Source: Eledone cirrhosa (Eukaryota). Taken from it: 64,000 bases of DNA. Numbering within the stretch: the first letter of the stretch is position 1; each line of letters opens with the position of its first letter. The stretch covers positions 336,598,001-336,662,000 of the forward strand of contig OZ024740.1 of NCBI GenBank assembly GCA_964016885.1, in the 5' to 3' direction. The notes beneath the pieces were generated by a model. It was given only the letters and a program-made list of their open reading frames with translations, ran no database searches and had not been told where the DNA came from. The translations under genes were made by a program, and so were the position numbers. This document shows, one piece after another, positions 1 through 12,650 of this stretch.

Positions 1-2919
1 GGGGGTGTTGGATCTCTGTGGTTGGAGTTGGAGCTGGGGGTGTTGGATCTCTGTGGTTGGGGTTGGAGCTGGGGGTGTTGGATCTCTGTGGTTGGAGTTG
101 GAGCTGGGGGTGTTGGATCTCTGTGGTTGGAGTTGGAGCTGGGGGTGTTGGATCTCTGTGGTTGGGGTTGGAGCTGGGGGTGTTGGATCTCTGTCGTTGG
201 GGTTGGAGCTGGGGGTATTGGATCTCTGTGGTTGGAGTTGGAGCTGGGGGTGTTGGATCTCTGTGGTTGGGGTTGGAGCTGGGGGTGTTGGATCTCTGTC
301 GTTGGGGTTGGAGCTGGGGGTGTTGGATCTCTGTGGTTGGGGTTGGAGCTGGAGGTGTTGGATCTCTGTGGTTGGGGTTGGAGCTGGGGGTGTTGGATAT
401 CTGTGGTTGGGGTTGGAGCTGGGGGTGGTGGATCTCTGTGGTTGGGGTTGGAGCTGGAGGTGTTGGATCTCTGTCGGGTTGGAGCTGGGGGTGTTGGATC
501 TCTGTGGTTGAAGCTGGAGCTGGGGGTGTTGGATCTCTGTGGTTGGGGTTGGAGCTGGGGGTGTTGGATCTCTGTGGTTGGGGTTGGAGCTGGGGGTGTT
601 GGATCTCTGTGGGGTTGGAGCTGGGGGTGTTGGATCTCTGTGGTTGGGGTTGGAGCTGGGGGTGTTGGATCTCTGTGGTTGGGGTTGGAGCTGGGGGTGT
701 TGGATCTCTGTGGTTGGGGTTGGAGCTGGGGGTGTTGTATCTCTGTAGTTGGGGTTGGAGCTGGGGGTGTTGGATCTCTGTGGTTGGGGTTGGAGCTGGA
801 GGTGTTGGATCTCTGTGGTTGGAGTTGGAGCTGGGGGTGTTGGATCTCTGTGGTTGGGGTTGGATGGGGGTGTTGGATCTCTGTGGTTGGGGTTGGAGCT
901 GGGGGTGTTGGATCTCTGTGGTTGGAGTTGGAGCTGGGGGTGTTGGATCTCTGTGGTTGGAGTTGGAGCTGGGGGTGTTGGATCTCTGTGGTTGGAGTTG
1001 GAGCTGGGGGTGTTGGATCTCTGTGGTTGGGGTTGGAGCTGGGGGTGTTGGATCTCTGTGGTTGGAGTTGGAGCTGGGGGTGTTGGATCACTGTGGTTGG
1101 AGTTGGAGCTGGGGGTGTTGGATCTCTGTGGTTGGGGTTGGAGCTGGGGGTGTTGGATCTCTGTGGTTGGGGTTGGAGCTGGGGGTGTTGGATCTCTGTG
1201 GTTGGGGTTGGAGCTGGGGGTGTTGGATCTCTGTGGTTGGAGTTGGAGCTGGGGGTGTTGGATCTCTGTGGTTGGGGTTGGAGCTGGGGGTGTTGGATCT
1301 CTGTGGTTGGGGTTGGAGCTGGGGGTGTTGGATCTCTGTGGTTGGAGTTGGAGCTGGGGGTGTTGGATCTCTGTGGTTGGGGTTGGAGCTGGGGGTGTTG
1401 GATCTCTGTGGTTGGGGTTGGAGCTGGGGGTGTTGGATCTCTGTGGTTGGGGTTGGAGCTGGAGGTGTTGGATCTCTGTGGTTGGTGTTGGAGCTGGGGG
1501 GGTGGATCTCTGTGGTTGGGGTTGGAGCTGGAGGTGTTGGATCTCTGTCGGGTTGGAGCTGGGGGTGTTGGATCTCAGTGGTTGGGGCTGGAGCTGGGGG
1601 TGTTGGATCTCTGTGGTTGGGGTTGGAGCTGGGGGTGTTGGATCTCTGTGGTTGGGGTTGGAGCTGGGGGTGTTGGATCTCTGTGGTTGGGGTTGGAGCT
1701 GGAGGTGTTGGATCTCTGTGGGGTTGGAGCTGGGGGTGTTGGATCTCTGTGGTTGGGGTTGGAGCTGGGGATGTTGGATCTCTGTGGTTGGAGTTGGAGC
1801 TGGGGGTGTTGGATCTCTGTGGTTGGAGTTGGAGCTGGGGGTGTTGGATCTCTGTGGTTGGAGTTGGAGCTTGGGGTGTTGGATCTCTGTGGTTGGAGTT
1901 GGAGCTGGGGGTGTTGGATCTCTGTGGTTGGGGTTGGAGCTGGGGGTGTTGGATCTCTGTGGTTGGAGTTGGAGCTGGGGGTGTTGGATCTCTGTGGTTG
2001 GAGTTGGAGCTGGGGGTGTTGGATCTCTGTGGTTGGAGTTGGAGCTGGGGGTGTTGGATCTCTGTGGTTGGGGTTGAAGCTGGGGGTGTTGGATCTCTGT
2101 GGTTGGGGTTGGAGCTGGGGGTGTTGGATCTCTGTGGTTGGGGTTGGAGCTGGGGGTGTTGGATCTCTGTGGTTGGAGTTGGAGCTGGGGGTGTTGGATC
2201 TCTGTGGTTGGAGTTGGAGCTGGGGGTGTTGGATCTCTGTGGTTGGGGTTGGAGCTGGGGGTGTTGGATCTCTGTGGTTGGGGTTGGAGCTGGAGGTGTT
2301 GGATCTCTGTGGGGTTGGAGCTGGGGGTGTTGGATCTCTGTGGTTGGGGTTGGAGCTGGGGGTGTTGGATCTCTGTGGTTGGAGTTGGAGCTGGGGGTGT
2401 TGGATCTCTGTGGTTGGAGTTGGAGCTGGGGGTGTTGGATCTCTGTGGTTGGAGTTGGAGCTGGGGGTGTTGGATCTCTGTGGTTGGAGTTGGAGCTGGG
2501 GGTGTTGGATCTCTGTGGTTGGGGTTGGAGCTGGGGGTGTTGGATCTCTGTGGTTGGAGTTGGAGCTGGGGGTGTTGGATCTCTGTGGTTGGAGTTGGAG
2601 CTGGGGGTGTTGGATCTCTGTGGTTGGAGTTGGAGCTGGGGGTGTTGGATCTCTGTGGTTGGGGTTGGAGCTGGGGGTGTTGGATCTCTGTGGTTGGGGT
2701 TGGAGCTGGGGGTGTTGGATCTCTGTGGTTGGGGTTGGAGCTGGGGGTGTTGGATCTCTGTGGTTGGAGTTGGAGCTGGGGGTGTTGGATCTCTGTGGTT
2801 GGAGTTGGAGCTGGGGGTGTTGGATCTCTGTGGTTGGGGTTGGAGCTGGGGGTGTTGGATCTCTGTGGTTGGGGTTGGAGCTGGGGGTGTTGGATCTCTG
2901 TGGTTGGAGTTGGAGCTGG

Positions 2920-3480
2920 GGGTGTTGGATCTCTGTGGTTGGGGTTGGAGCTGTTGGTGTTGGATCTCTGTCGTTGGGGTTGGAGCTGGGGGTGTTGGAT
3001 CTCTGTGGTTGGGGTTGGAGCTGGGGGTGTTGGATCTCTGTGGTTGGAGTTGGAGCTGGGGGTGTTGGATCTCTGTGGTTGGGGTTGGAGCTGGGGGTGT
3101 TGGATCTCTGTGGTTGGGGTTGGAGCTGTTGGTGTTGGATCTCTGTGGTTGGGGTTGGAGCTGGGGGTGTTGGATCTCTGTGGTTGGGGTTGGAGCTGGG
3201 GGTGTTGGATCTCTGTGGTTGGAGTTGGAGCTGGGGGTGTTGGATCTCTGTGGTTGGAGTTGGAGCTGGGGGTGTTGGATCTCTGTGGTTGGGGTTGGAG
3301 CTGTTGGTGTTGGATCTCTGTGGTTGGGGTTGGAGCTGGGGGTGTTGGATCTCTGTGGTTGGGGTTGGAGCTGGGGGTGTTGGATCTCTGTGGTTGGAGT
3401 TGGAGCTGGGGGTGTTGGATCTCTGTGGTTGGGGTTGGAGCTGTTGGTGTTGGATCTCTGTCGTTGGGGTTGGAGCTGGG
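2920..3480 (+). repeat. Small higher-order repeat of about 5 monomers marked by the CTGTTGGTG variant
   Basis: The double substitution GGGGG>GTTGG occurs at 2951, 3126, 3301 and 3441 (spacing 175, 175, 140 bp). I did not see it elsewhere in the window. Confidence 0.8.
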
Positions 3481-6400
3481 GGTATTGGATCTCTGTGGTT
3501 GGAGTTGGAGCTGGGGGTGTTGGATCTCTGTGTTTGGGGTTGGAGCTGGGGGTGTTGGATCTCTGTGGTTGGGGTTGGAGCTGGAGGTGTTGGATCTCTG
3601 TGGTTGGGGTTGGAGCTGGGGGTGTTGGATATCTGTGGTTGGGGTTGGAGCTGGGGGTGGTGGATCTCTGTGGTTGGGGTTGGAGCTGGAGGTGTTGGAT
3701 CTCTGTCGGGTTGGAGCTGGGGGTGTTGGATCTCTGTGGTTGAAGCTGGAGCTGGGGGTGTTGGATCTCTGTGGTTGGGGTTGGAGCTGGGGGTGTTGGA
3801 TCTCTGTGGTTGGGGTTGGAGCTGGGGGTGTTGGATCTCTGTGGTTGGGGTTGGAGCTGGAGGTGTTGGATCTCTGTGGGGTTGGAGCTGGGGGGGTTGG
3901 ATATCTGTGGTTGGGGTTGGAGCTGGGGGTATTGGATCTCTGTGGTTGGGGTTGGAGCTGGAGGTGTTGGATCTCTGTGGTTGGGGTTGGAGCTGGGGGT
4001 GTTGGATATCTGTGGTTGGGGTTGGAGCTGGGGGTGTTGGATCTCTGTGGTTGAGGTTGGAGATGGAGGTGTTGGATCTCTGTGGGGTTGGAGCTGGGGG
4101 TGTTGGATCTCTGTGGGGTTGGAGCTGGGGGTGTTGGATCTCTGTGGTTGGGGTTGGAGCTGGGGGTGTTGGATCTCTGTGGTTGGGGTTGGAGCTGGAG
4201 GTGTTGGATCTCTGTGGGGTTGGAGCTGGGGGTGTTGGATCTCTGTGGGGTTGGAGCTGGAGGTGTTGGATCTCTGTGGTTGGAGTTGGAGCTGGGGGTG
4301 TTGGATCTCTGTGGTTGGAGTTGGAGCTGGGGGTGTTGGATCTCTGTGGTTGGAGTTGGAGCTGGGGGTGTTGGATCTCTGTGGTTGGGGTTGGAGCTGG
4401 GGGTGTTGGATCTCTGTGGTTGGAGTTGGAGCTGGGGGTGTTGGATCTCTGTGGTTGGAGTTGGAGCTGGGGGTGTTGGATCTCTGTGGTTGGAGTTGGA
4501 GCTGGGGGTGTTGGATCTCTGTGGTTGGGGTTGAAGCTGGGGGTGTTGGATCTCTGTGGTTGGGGTTGGAGCTGGGGGTGTTGGATCTCTGTGGTTGGGG
4601 TTGGAGCTGGGGGTGTTGGATCTCTGTGGTTGGGGTTGGAGCTGGGGGTGTTGGATCTCTGTGGTTGCGGTTGGAGCTGGAGGTGTTGGATCTCTGTGGG
4701 GTTGGAGCTGGGGGTGTTGGATCTCTGTGGTTGGGGTTGGAGCTGGGGGTGTTGGATCTCTGTGGTTGGAGTTGGAGCTGGGGGTGTTGGATCTCTGTGG
4801 TTGGAGTTGGAGCTGGGGGTGTTGGATCTCTGTGGTTGGAGTTGGAGCTGGGGGTGTTGGATCTCTGTGGTTGGAGTTGGAGCTGGGGGTGTTGGATCTC
4901 TGTGGTTGGGGTTGGAGCTGGGGGTGTTGGATCTCTGTGGTTGGAGTTGGAGCTGGGGGTGTTGGATCTCTGTGGTTGGAGTTGGAGCTGGGGGTGTTGG
5001 ATCTCTGTGGTTGGAGTTGGAGCTGGGGGTGTTGGATCTCTGTGGTTGGGGTTGGAGCTGGGGGTGTTGGATCTCTGTGGTTGGAGTTGGAGCTGGGGGT
5101 GTTGGATCTCTGTGGTTGGGGTTGGAGCTGGGGGTATTGGATCTCTGTGGTTGGAGTTGGAGCTGGGGGTGTTGGATCTCTGTGGTTGGAGTTGGAGCTG
5201 GGGGTGTTGGATCTCTGTGGTTGGGGTTGGAGCTGGGGGTGTTGGATCTCTGTCGTTGGGGTTGGAGCTGGGGGTATTGGATCTCTGTGGTTGGAGTTGG
5301 AGCTGGGGGTGTTGGATCTCTGTGGTTGGGGTTGGAGCTGGGGGTGTTGGATCTCTGTGGTTGGGGTTGGAGCTGGGGGTGTTGGATCTCTGTGGTTGGG
5401 GTTGGAGCTGGAGGTGTTGGATCTCTGTGGTTGGGGTTGGAGCTGGGGGTGTTGGATATCTGTGGTTGGGGTTGGAGCTGGGGGTGGTGGATCTCTGTGG
5501 TTGGGGTTGGAGCTGGAGGTGTTGGATCTCTGTCGCGTTGGAGCTGGGGGTGTTGGATCTCTGTGGTTGAAGCTGGAGCTGGGGGTGTTGGATCTCTGTG
5601 GTTGGGGTTGGAGCTGGGGGTGTTGGATCTCTGTGGTTGGGGTTGGAGCTTGGGGTGTTGGATCTCTGTGGTTGGGGTTGGAGCTGGAGGTGTTGGATCT
5701 CTGTGGGGTTGGAGCTGGGGGGGTTGGATATCTGTGGTTGGGGTTGGAGCTGGGGGTGTTGGATCTCTGTGGTTGGGGTTGGAGCTGGAGGTGTTGGATC
5801 TCTGTGGTTGGGGTTGGAGCTGGGGGTGTTGGATATCTGTGGTTGGGGTTGGAGCTGGGGGTGTTGGATCTCTGTGGTTGAGGTTGGAGATGGAGGTGTT
5901 GGATCTCTGTGGGGTTGGAGCTGGGGGTGTTGGATCTCTGTGGGGTTGGAGCTGGGGGTGTTGGATCTCTGTGGTTGGGGTTGGAGCTGGGGGTGTTGGA
6001 TCTCTGTGGTTGGGGTTGGAGCTGGAGGTGTTGGATCTCTGTGGGGTTGGAGCTGGGGGTGTTGGATCTCTGTGGGGTTGGAGCTGGGGGTGTTGGATCT
6101 CTGTGGTTGGGGTTGGAGCTGGAGGTGTTGGATCTCTGTGGTTGGAGTTGGAGCTGGGGGTGTTGGATCTCTGTGGTTGGAGTTGGAGCTGGGGGTGTTG
6201 GATCTCTGTGGTTGGAGTTGGAGCTGGGGGTGTTGGATCTCTGTGGTTGGGGTTGGAGCTGGGGGTGTTGGATCTCTGTGGTTGGAGTTGGAGCTGGGGG
6301 TGTTGGATCTCTGTGGTTGGGGTTGGAGCTGGGGGTGTTGGATCTCTGTGGTTGGGGTTGGAGCTGGGGGTGTTGGATCTCTGTGGTTGGGGTTGGAGCT

Positions 6401-7100
6401 GGGGGTTTTGGATCTCTGTGGTTGGAGTTGGAGCTGGGGGTGTTGGATCTCTGTGGTTGGAGTTGGAGCTGGGGGTGTTGGATCTCTGTGGTTGGGGTTG
6501 GAGCTGGGGGTGTTGGATCTCTGTGGTTGCGGTTGGAGCTGGAGGTGTTGGATCTCTGTGGGGTTGGAGCTGGGGGTGTTGGATCTCTGTGGTTGGGGTT
6601 GGAGCTGGGGGTGTTGGATCTCTGTGGTTGGAGTTGGAGCTGGGGGTGTTGGATCTCTGTGGTTGGAGTTGGAGCTGGGGGTGTTGGATCTCTGTGGTTG
6701 GAGTTGGAGCTGGGGGTGTTGGATCTCTGTGGTTGGGGTTGGAGCTGGGGGTGTTGGATCTCTGTGGTTGGGGTTGGAGCTGGGGGTGTTGGATCTCTGT
6801 GGTTGGGGTTGGAGCTGGGGGTGTTGGATCTCTGTGGTTGGAGTTGGAGCTGGGGGTGTTGGATCTCTGTGGTTGGAGTTGGAGCTGGGGGTGTTGGATC
6901 TCTGTGGTTGGGGTTGGAGCTGGGGGTGTTGGATCTCTGTCGTTGGGGTTGGAGCTGGGGGTGTTGGATCTCTGTGGTTGGAGTTGGAGCTGGGGGTGTT
7001 GGATCTCTGTGGTTGGGGTTGGAGCTGGGGGTGTTGGATCTCTGTGGTTGGGGTTGGAGCTGGGGGTGTTGGATCTCTGTGGTTGGGGTTGGAGCTGGAG
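3450..7100 (+). repeat. Tandem duplication, period about 1.83-1.86 kb (about 3450-5250 and 5250-7100), with a partial third copy at about 190-600
   Basis: Rare markers in the same order: TGAAGCTGGAGC 3741/5568 (offset 1827; also 509), G7-TTGGATATC about 3890/5717, TGAGGTTGGAGATGG about 4052/5879, TTGCGG about 4665/6527 (offset 1862). Confidence 0.85.
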
Positions 7101-10100
7101 GTGTTGGATCTCTGTGGTTGGGGTTGGGGTTGGAGTTGGGGGTGTAGGATCTCTGTGGTTGGGGCTGGAGTTGGGGGTGTTGGATCTCTGTGGTTGGGGT
7201 TGGAGCTGGAGGTGTTGGATCTCTGTGGTTGGAGCTGGAGATGTTGGATCTCTGTGGTTGGGGTTGGAGCTGGAGGTGTTGGATCTCTGTGGTTGGGGTT
7301 GGAGCTGGATGTGTTGGATCTCTGTGGTTGGGGTTGGGGTTGGAGATGGGGGTGTTGGATCTCTGTGGTTGGGGCTGGAGTTGGGGGTGTTGGATCTCTG
7401 TGGTTGGGGCTGGAGCTGGAGGTGTTGGATCTCTGTGGTTGGGGGCTGAAGCTGGGGGTGTTGCATCTCTGTGGTTGGAGCTGGAGTTGGGGGTGTTGGA
7501 TCTCTGTGGTTGGGGTTGGAGCTGGGGGTGTTGGATCTCTGTGGTTGGGGTTGGAGCTGGGGGTGTTGGATCTCTGTGGGGTTGGAGCTGGGGGTGTTGG
7601 ATCTCTGTGGTTGGGGTTGGAGCTGGGGATGTTGAATCTCTGTGGTTAGGGTTGGAGCTGGGGGTGTTGGATCTCTGTGGTTGGGGTTGGAGCTGGGGGT
7701 GTTGGATCTCTGTGGTTGGGGTTGGAGCTGGGGGTGTTGGATCTCTGTGGTTGGGGTTGGAGCTGGGGGTGTTGGATCTCTGTGGTTGGGGTTGGAGCTG
7801 GAGGTGTTGGATCTCTGTGGTTGGAGTTGGAGCTGGGGGTGTTGGATCTCTGTGGTTGGGGTTGGATGGGGGTGTTGGATCTCTGTGGTTGGGGTTGGAG
7901 CTGGGGGTGTTGGATCTCTGTGGTTGGAGTTGGAGCTGGGGGTGTTGGATCTCTGTGGTTGGGGTTGGAGCTGGGGGTGTTGGATCTCTGTGGTTGGGGT
8001 TGGAGCTGGGGGTGTTGGATCTCTGTGGTTGGAGTTGGAGCTGGGGGTGTTGGATCTCTGTGGTTGGAGTTGGAGCTGGGGGTGTTGGATCTCTGTGGTT
8101 GGAGTTGGAGCTGGGGTGTTGGATCTCTGTGGTTGGGGTTGGAGCTGGGGGTGTTGGATCTCTGTGGTTGGGGTTGGAGCTGGGGGTGTTGGATCTCTGT
8201 GGTTGGAGTTGGAGCTGGGGGTGTTGGATCTCTGTGGTTGGAGTTAGAGCTGGGGGTGTTGGATCTCTGTGGTTGGAGTTGGAGCTGGGGGTGTTGGATC
8301 TCTGTGGTTGGGGTTGGAGCTGGGGGTGTTGGATCTCTGTGGTTGGAGTTGGAGCTGGGGGTGTTGGATCTCTGTGGTTGGGGTTGGAGCTGGAGGTGTT
8401 GGATCTCTGTGGTTGGGGTTGGGGTTGGAGTTGGGGGTGTTGGATCTCTGTGGTTGGGGCTGGAGTTGGGGGTGTTGGATCTCTGTGGTTGGGGTTGGAG
8501 CTGGAGGTGTTGGATCTCTGTGGTTGGAGCTGGAGGTGTTGGATCTCTGTGGTTGGGGTTGGAGCTGGAGGTGTTGGATCTCTGTGGTTGGGGTTGGAGC
8601 TGGAGGTGTTGGATCTCTGTGATTGGGGTTGGGGTTGGAGTTGGGGGTGTTGGATCTCTGTGTTTGGGGCTGGAGTTGGGGGTGTTGGATCTCTGTGGTT
8701 GGGGCTGGAGCTGGAGGTGTTGGATCTCTGTGGTTGGGGTTGGAGCTGGGGGTATTGGATCTCTGTGGTTGGAGCTGGGGGTGTTGGATCTCTGTGGTTC
8801 GGGTTGGGGCTGGGGGTGTTGGATCTCTGTGGTTGGGGTTGGAGCTGGGGGTGTTGGATCTCTGTGGTTGGGGTTGGAGCTGAGGGTGTTGGATCTCTGT
8901 GGTTGGGGTTGGAGCTGGAGGTGTTGGATCTCTGTGGTTGGGGTTGGAGCTGGGGGTGTTGGATCTCTGTGGTTGGGGTTGGAGCTGGAGGTGTTGGATC
9001 TCTGTGGTTGGGGTTGAAGCTGGCGGTGTTGGATCTCTGTGGTTGGGGTTGGAGCTGGAGGTGTTGGATCTCTGTGGTTGGAGCTGGAGGTGTTGGATCT
9101 CTGTGGTTGGGGTTGGAGCTGGAGGTGTTGTATCTCTGTGGTTGGGGTTGGAGCTGGGTGTGTTGGATCTCTGTGGTTGGGGCTGGAGCTGGAGGTGTTG
9201 GATCTCTGTGGTTGAGGTTGGAGCTGGGAGTGTTGGATCTCTGTGGTTGGAGCTGGGGGTGTTGGATCTCTGTGGTTGGGGTTGGAGCTGGAGGTGTTGG
9301 ATCTCTGTGGTTGGGGCTGGAGCTGGAGGTGTTGGATCTCTGTGGTTGAGGTTGGAGCTGGAGGTGTTGGATCTCTGTGGTTGGGGTTGGAGCTGGAGGT
9401 GTTGGATCTCTGTGGTTGGGGTTGGGGTTGGAGGTGGGGGTGTAGGATCTCTGTGGTTGGGGCTGGAGTTGGGGGTGTTGGATCTCTGTGGTTGGGGTTG
9501 GAGCTGGAGGTGTTGGATCTCTGTGGTTGGAGCTGGAGATGTTGGATCTCTGTGGTTGGGGTTGGAGCTGGAGGTGTTGGATCTCTGTGGTTGGGGTTGG
9601 AGCTGGATGTGTTGGATCTCTGTGGTTGGGGTTGGGGTTGGAGATGGGGGTGTTGGATCTCTGTGGTTGGGGCTGGAGTTGGGGGTGTTGCATCTCTGTG
9701 GTTGGGGCTGGAGCTGGAGGTGTTGGATCTCTGTGGTTGGGGGCTGAAGCTGGGGGTGTTGCATCTCTGTGGTTGGAGTTGGAGCTGGGGGTGTTGGATC
9801 TCTGTGGTTGGGGTTGGAGCTGGGGGTGTTGGATCTCTGTGGTTGGGGTTGGAGCTGGGGGTGTTGGATCTCTGTGGGGTTGGAGCTGGGGGTGTTGGAT
9901 CTCTGTGGTTGGGGTTGGAGCTGGGGATGTTGAATCTCTGTGGTTAGGGTTGGAGCTGGGGGTGTTGGATCTCTGTGGTTGGGGTTGGAGCTGGGGGTGT
10001 TGGATCTCTGTGGTTGGGGTTGGAGCTGGGGGTGTTGGATCTCTGTGGTTGGGGTTGGAGCTGGGGGTGTTGGATCTCTGTGGTTGGGGTTGGAGCTGGA

Positions 10101-11050
10101 GGTGTTGGATCTCTGTGGTTGGAGTTGGAGCTGGGGGTGTTGGATCTCTGTGGTTGGGGTTGGATGGGGGTGTTGGATCTCTGTGGTTGGGGTTGGAGTT
10201 GGGGGTGTTGGATCTCTGTGGTTGGAGTTGGAGCTGGGGGTGTTGGATCTCTGTGGTTGGGGTTGGAGCTGGGGGTGTTGGATCTCTGTGGTTGAGGTTG
10301 GAGCTGGGGGTGTTGGATCTCTGTGGTTGGAGTTGGAGCTGGGGGTGTTGGATCTCTGTGGTTGGGGTTGGAGCTGGGGGTGTTGGATCTCTGTGGTTGG
10401 AGTTGGAGCTGGGGGTGTTGGATCTCTGTGGTTGGGGTTGGAGCTGGGGGTGTTGGATCTCTGTGGTTGGGGTTGGAGCCGGGGGTGTTGGATCTCTGTG
10501 GTTGGAGTTGGAGCTGGGGGTGTTGGATCTCTGTGGTTGGAGTTAGAGCTGGAGGTGTTGGATCTCTGTGGTTGGAGTTGGAGCTGGGGGTGTTGGATCT
10601 CTGTGGTTGGGGTTGGAGCTGGGGGTGTTGGATCTCTGTGGTTGGAGTTGGAGCTGGGGGTGTTGGATCTCTGTGGTTGGGGTTGGAGCTGGAGGTGTTG
10701 GATCTCTGTGGTTGGGGTTGGGGTTGGAGTTGGGGGTGTTGGATCTCTGTGGTTGGGGCTGGAGTTGGGGGTGTTGGATCTCTGTGGTTGGGGTTGGAGC
10801 TGGAGGTGTTGGATCTCTGTGGTTGGAGCTGGAGGTGTTGGATCTCTGTGGTTGGGGTTGGAGCTGGAGGTGTTGGATCTCTGTGGTTGGGGTTGGAGCT
10901 GGAGGTGTTGGATCTCTGTGGTTGGGGTTGGGGTTGGAGTTGGGGGTGTTGGATCTCTGTGTTTGGGGCTGGAGTTGGGGGTGTTGGATCTCTGTGGTTG
11001 GGGCTGGAGCTGGAGGTGTTGGATCTCTGTGGTTGGGGTTGGAGCTGGGG
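7080..11050 (+). repeat. Duplication, period 2298-2299 bp (about 7080-8750 and 9375-11050)
   Basis: TAGGAT 7145/9443, GGGGGCTGAAG about 7441/9739, TTAGGG about 7646/9944, TTAGAGC 8244/10543, TGTTTGGGGC 8661/10960. Matching ORF starts 7190/9488, 7642/9940 and 7677/9975 all have offset 2298. Confidence 0.9.
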
Positions 11051-11249
11051 GTGTTGGATCTCTGTGGGGTTGGAGCTGGGGGTGTTGGATCTCTGTGGTT
11101 GGGGTTGGAGCTGGGGGTGTTGGATCTCTGTGGTTGGGGTTGGAGCTGGGGGTGTTGGATCTCTGTGGTTGGGGTTGGAGCTGGGGGTGTTGGATCTCTG
11201 TGGCTGGGGTTGGAGCTGGGGGTGTTGGATCTCTGTGGTTGGAGTTGGA

Positions 11250-12650
11250 GCTGGGGGTGTTGGATCTCTGTGGTTGGGGTTGGAGCTGGGGGTGTTGGAT
11301 CTCTGTGGTTGGGGTTGGAGCTGGGGGTGTGGGATCTCTGTGGTTGGAGTTGGAGCTGGGGGTGTTGGATCTCTGTGGTTGGAGTTGGAGCTGGGGGTGT
11401 TGGATCTCTGTGGTTGGAGTTGGAGCTGGGGGTGTTGGATCTCTGTGGTTGGGGTTGGAGCTGGGGGTGTTGGATCTCTGTGGTTGGGGTTGGAGCTGGG
11501 TGTGTTGGATCTATGTGGTTGGAGTTGGAGCTGGGGGTGTTGGATCTCTGTGGTTGGAGTTGGAGCTGGGGGTGTTGGATCTCTGTGGTTGGAGTTGGAG
11601 CTGGGGGTGTTGGATCTCTGTGGTTGGGGTTGGAGCTGGGGGTGTTGGATCTCTGTGGTTGGAGTTGGAGCTGGGGGTGTTGGATCTCTGTGGTTGGGGT
11701 TGGAGCTGGGGGTGTTGGATCTCTGTGGTTGGAGTTGGAGCTGGGGGTGTTGGATCTCTGTGGTTGGAGTTGGAGCTGGGGGTGTTGGATCTCTGTGGTT
11801 GGAGTTGGAGCTGGGGGTGTTGGATCTCTGTGGTTGGGGTTGGAGCTAGGGGTGTTGGATCTCTGTGGTTGTAGTTGGAGCTGGGGTTGTTGGATCTCTG
11901 TGGTTGGAGTTGGAGCTGCGGGTGTTGGATCTCTGAGGTTGGAGTTGGAGCTGGGGGTGTTGGATCTCTGTGGTTGGGGTTGGAGCTGGGGGTGTTGGAT
12001 CTCTGTGGTTGGGGTTGGAGCTGGGGGTGTTGGATCTCTGTGGTTGGAGTTGGAGCTGGGGGTGTTGGATCTCTGTGGTTGGAGTTGGAGCTGGGGGTGT
12101 TGGATCTCTGTGGTTGGAGTTGGAGCTGGGGGTGTTGGATCTCTGTGGTTGGGGTTGGAGCTGGGGGTGTTGGATCTCTGTGGTTGGGGTTGGAGCTGGG
12201 TGTGTTGGATCTCTGTGGTTGGAGTTGGAGCTGGGGGTGTTGGATCTCTGTGGTTGGAGTTGGAGCTGGGGGTGTTGGATCTCTGTGGTTGGAGTTGGAG
12301 CTGGGGGTGTTGGATCTCTGTGGTTGGGGTTGGAGCTGGGGGTGTTGGATCTCTGTGGTTGGAGTTGGAGCTGGGGGTGTTGGATCTCTGTGGTTGGGGT
12401 TGGAGCTGGGGGTGTTGGATCTCTGTGGTTGGAGTTGGAGCTGGGGGTGTTGGATCTCTGTGGTTGGAGTTGGAGCTGGGGGTGTTGGATCTCTGTGGTT
12501 GGAGTTGGAGCTGGGGGTGTTGGATCTCTGTGGTTGGGGTTGGAGCTAGGGGTGTTGGATCTCTGTGGTTGTAGTTGGAGTTGGGGTTGTTGGATCTCTG
12601 TGGTTGGAGTTGGAGCTGCGGGTGTTGGATCTCTGTGGTTGGAGTTGGAG
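11250..12650 (+). repeat. Tandem duplication of 20 monomers (700 bp)
   Basis: GGGTGTG about 11498/12198, CTAGG 11846/12546, GTAGTTGG 11871/12571, CTGCGG 11916/12616, all at offset 700. Confidence 0.9.
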
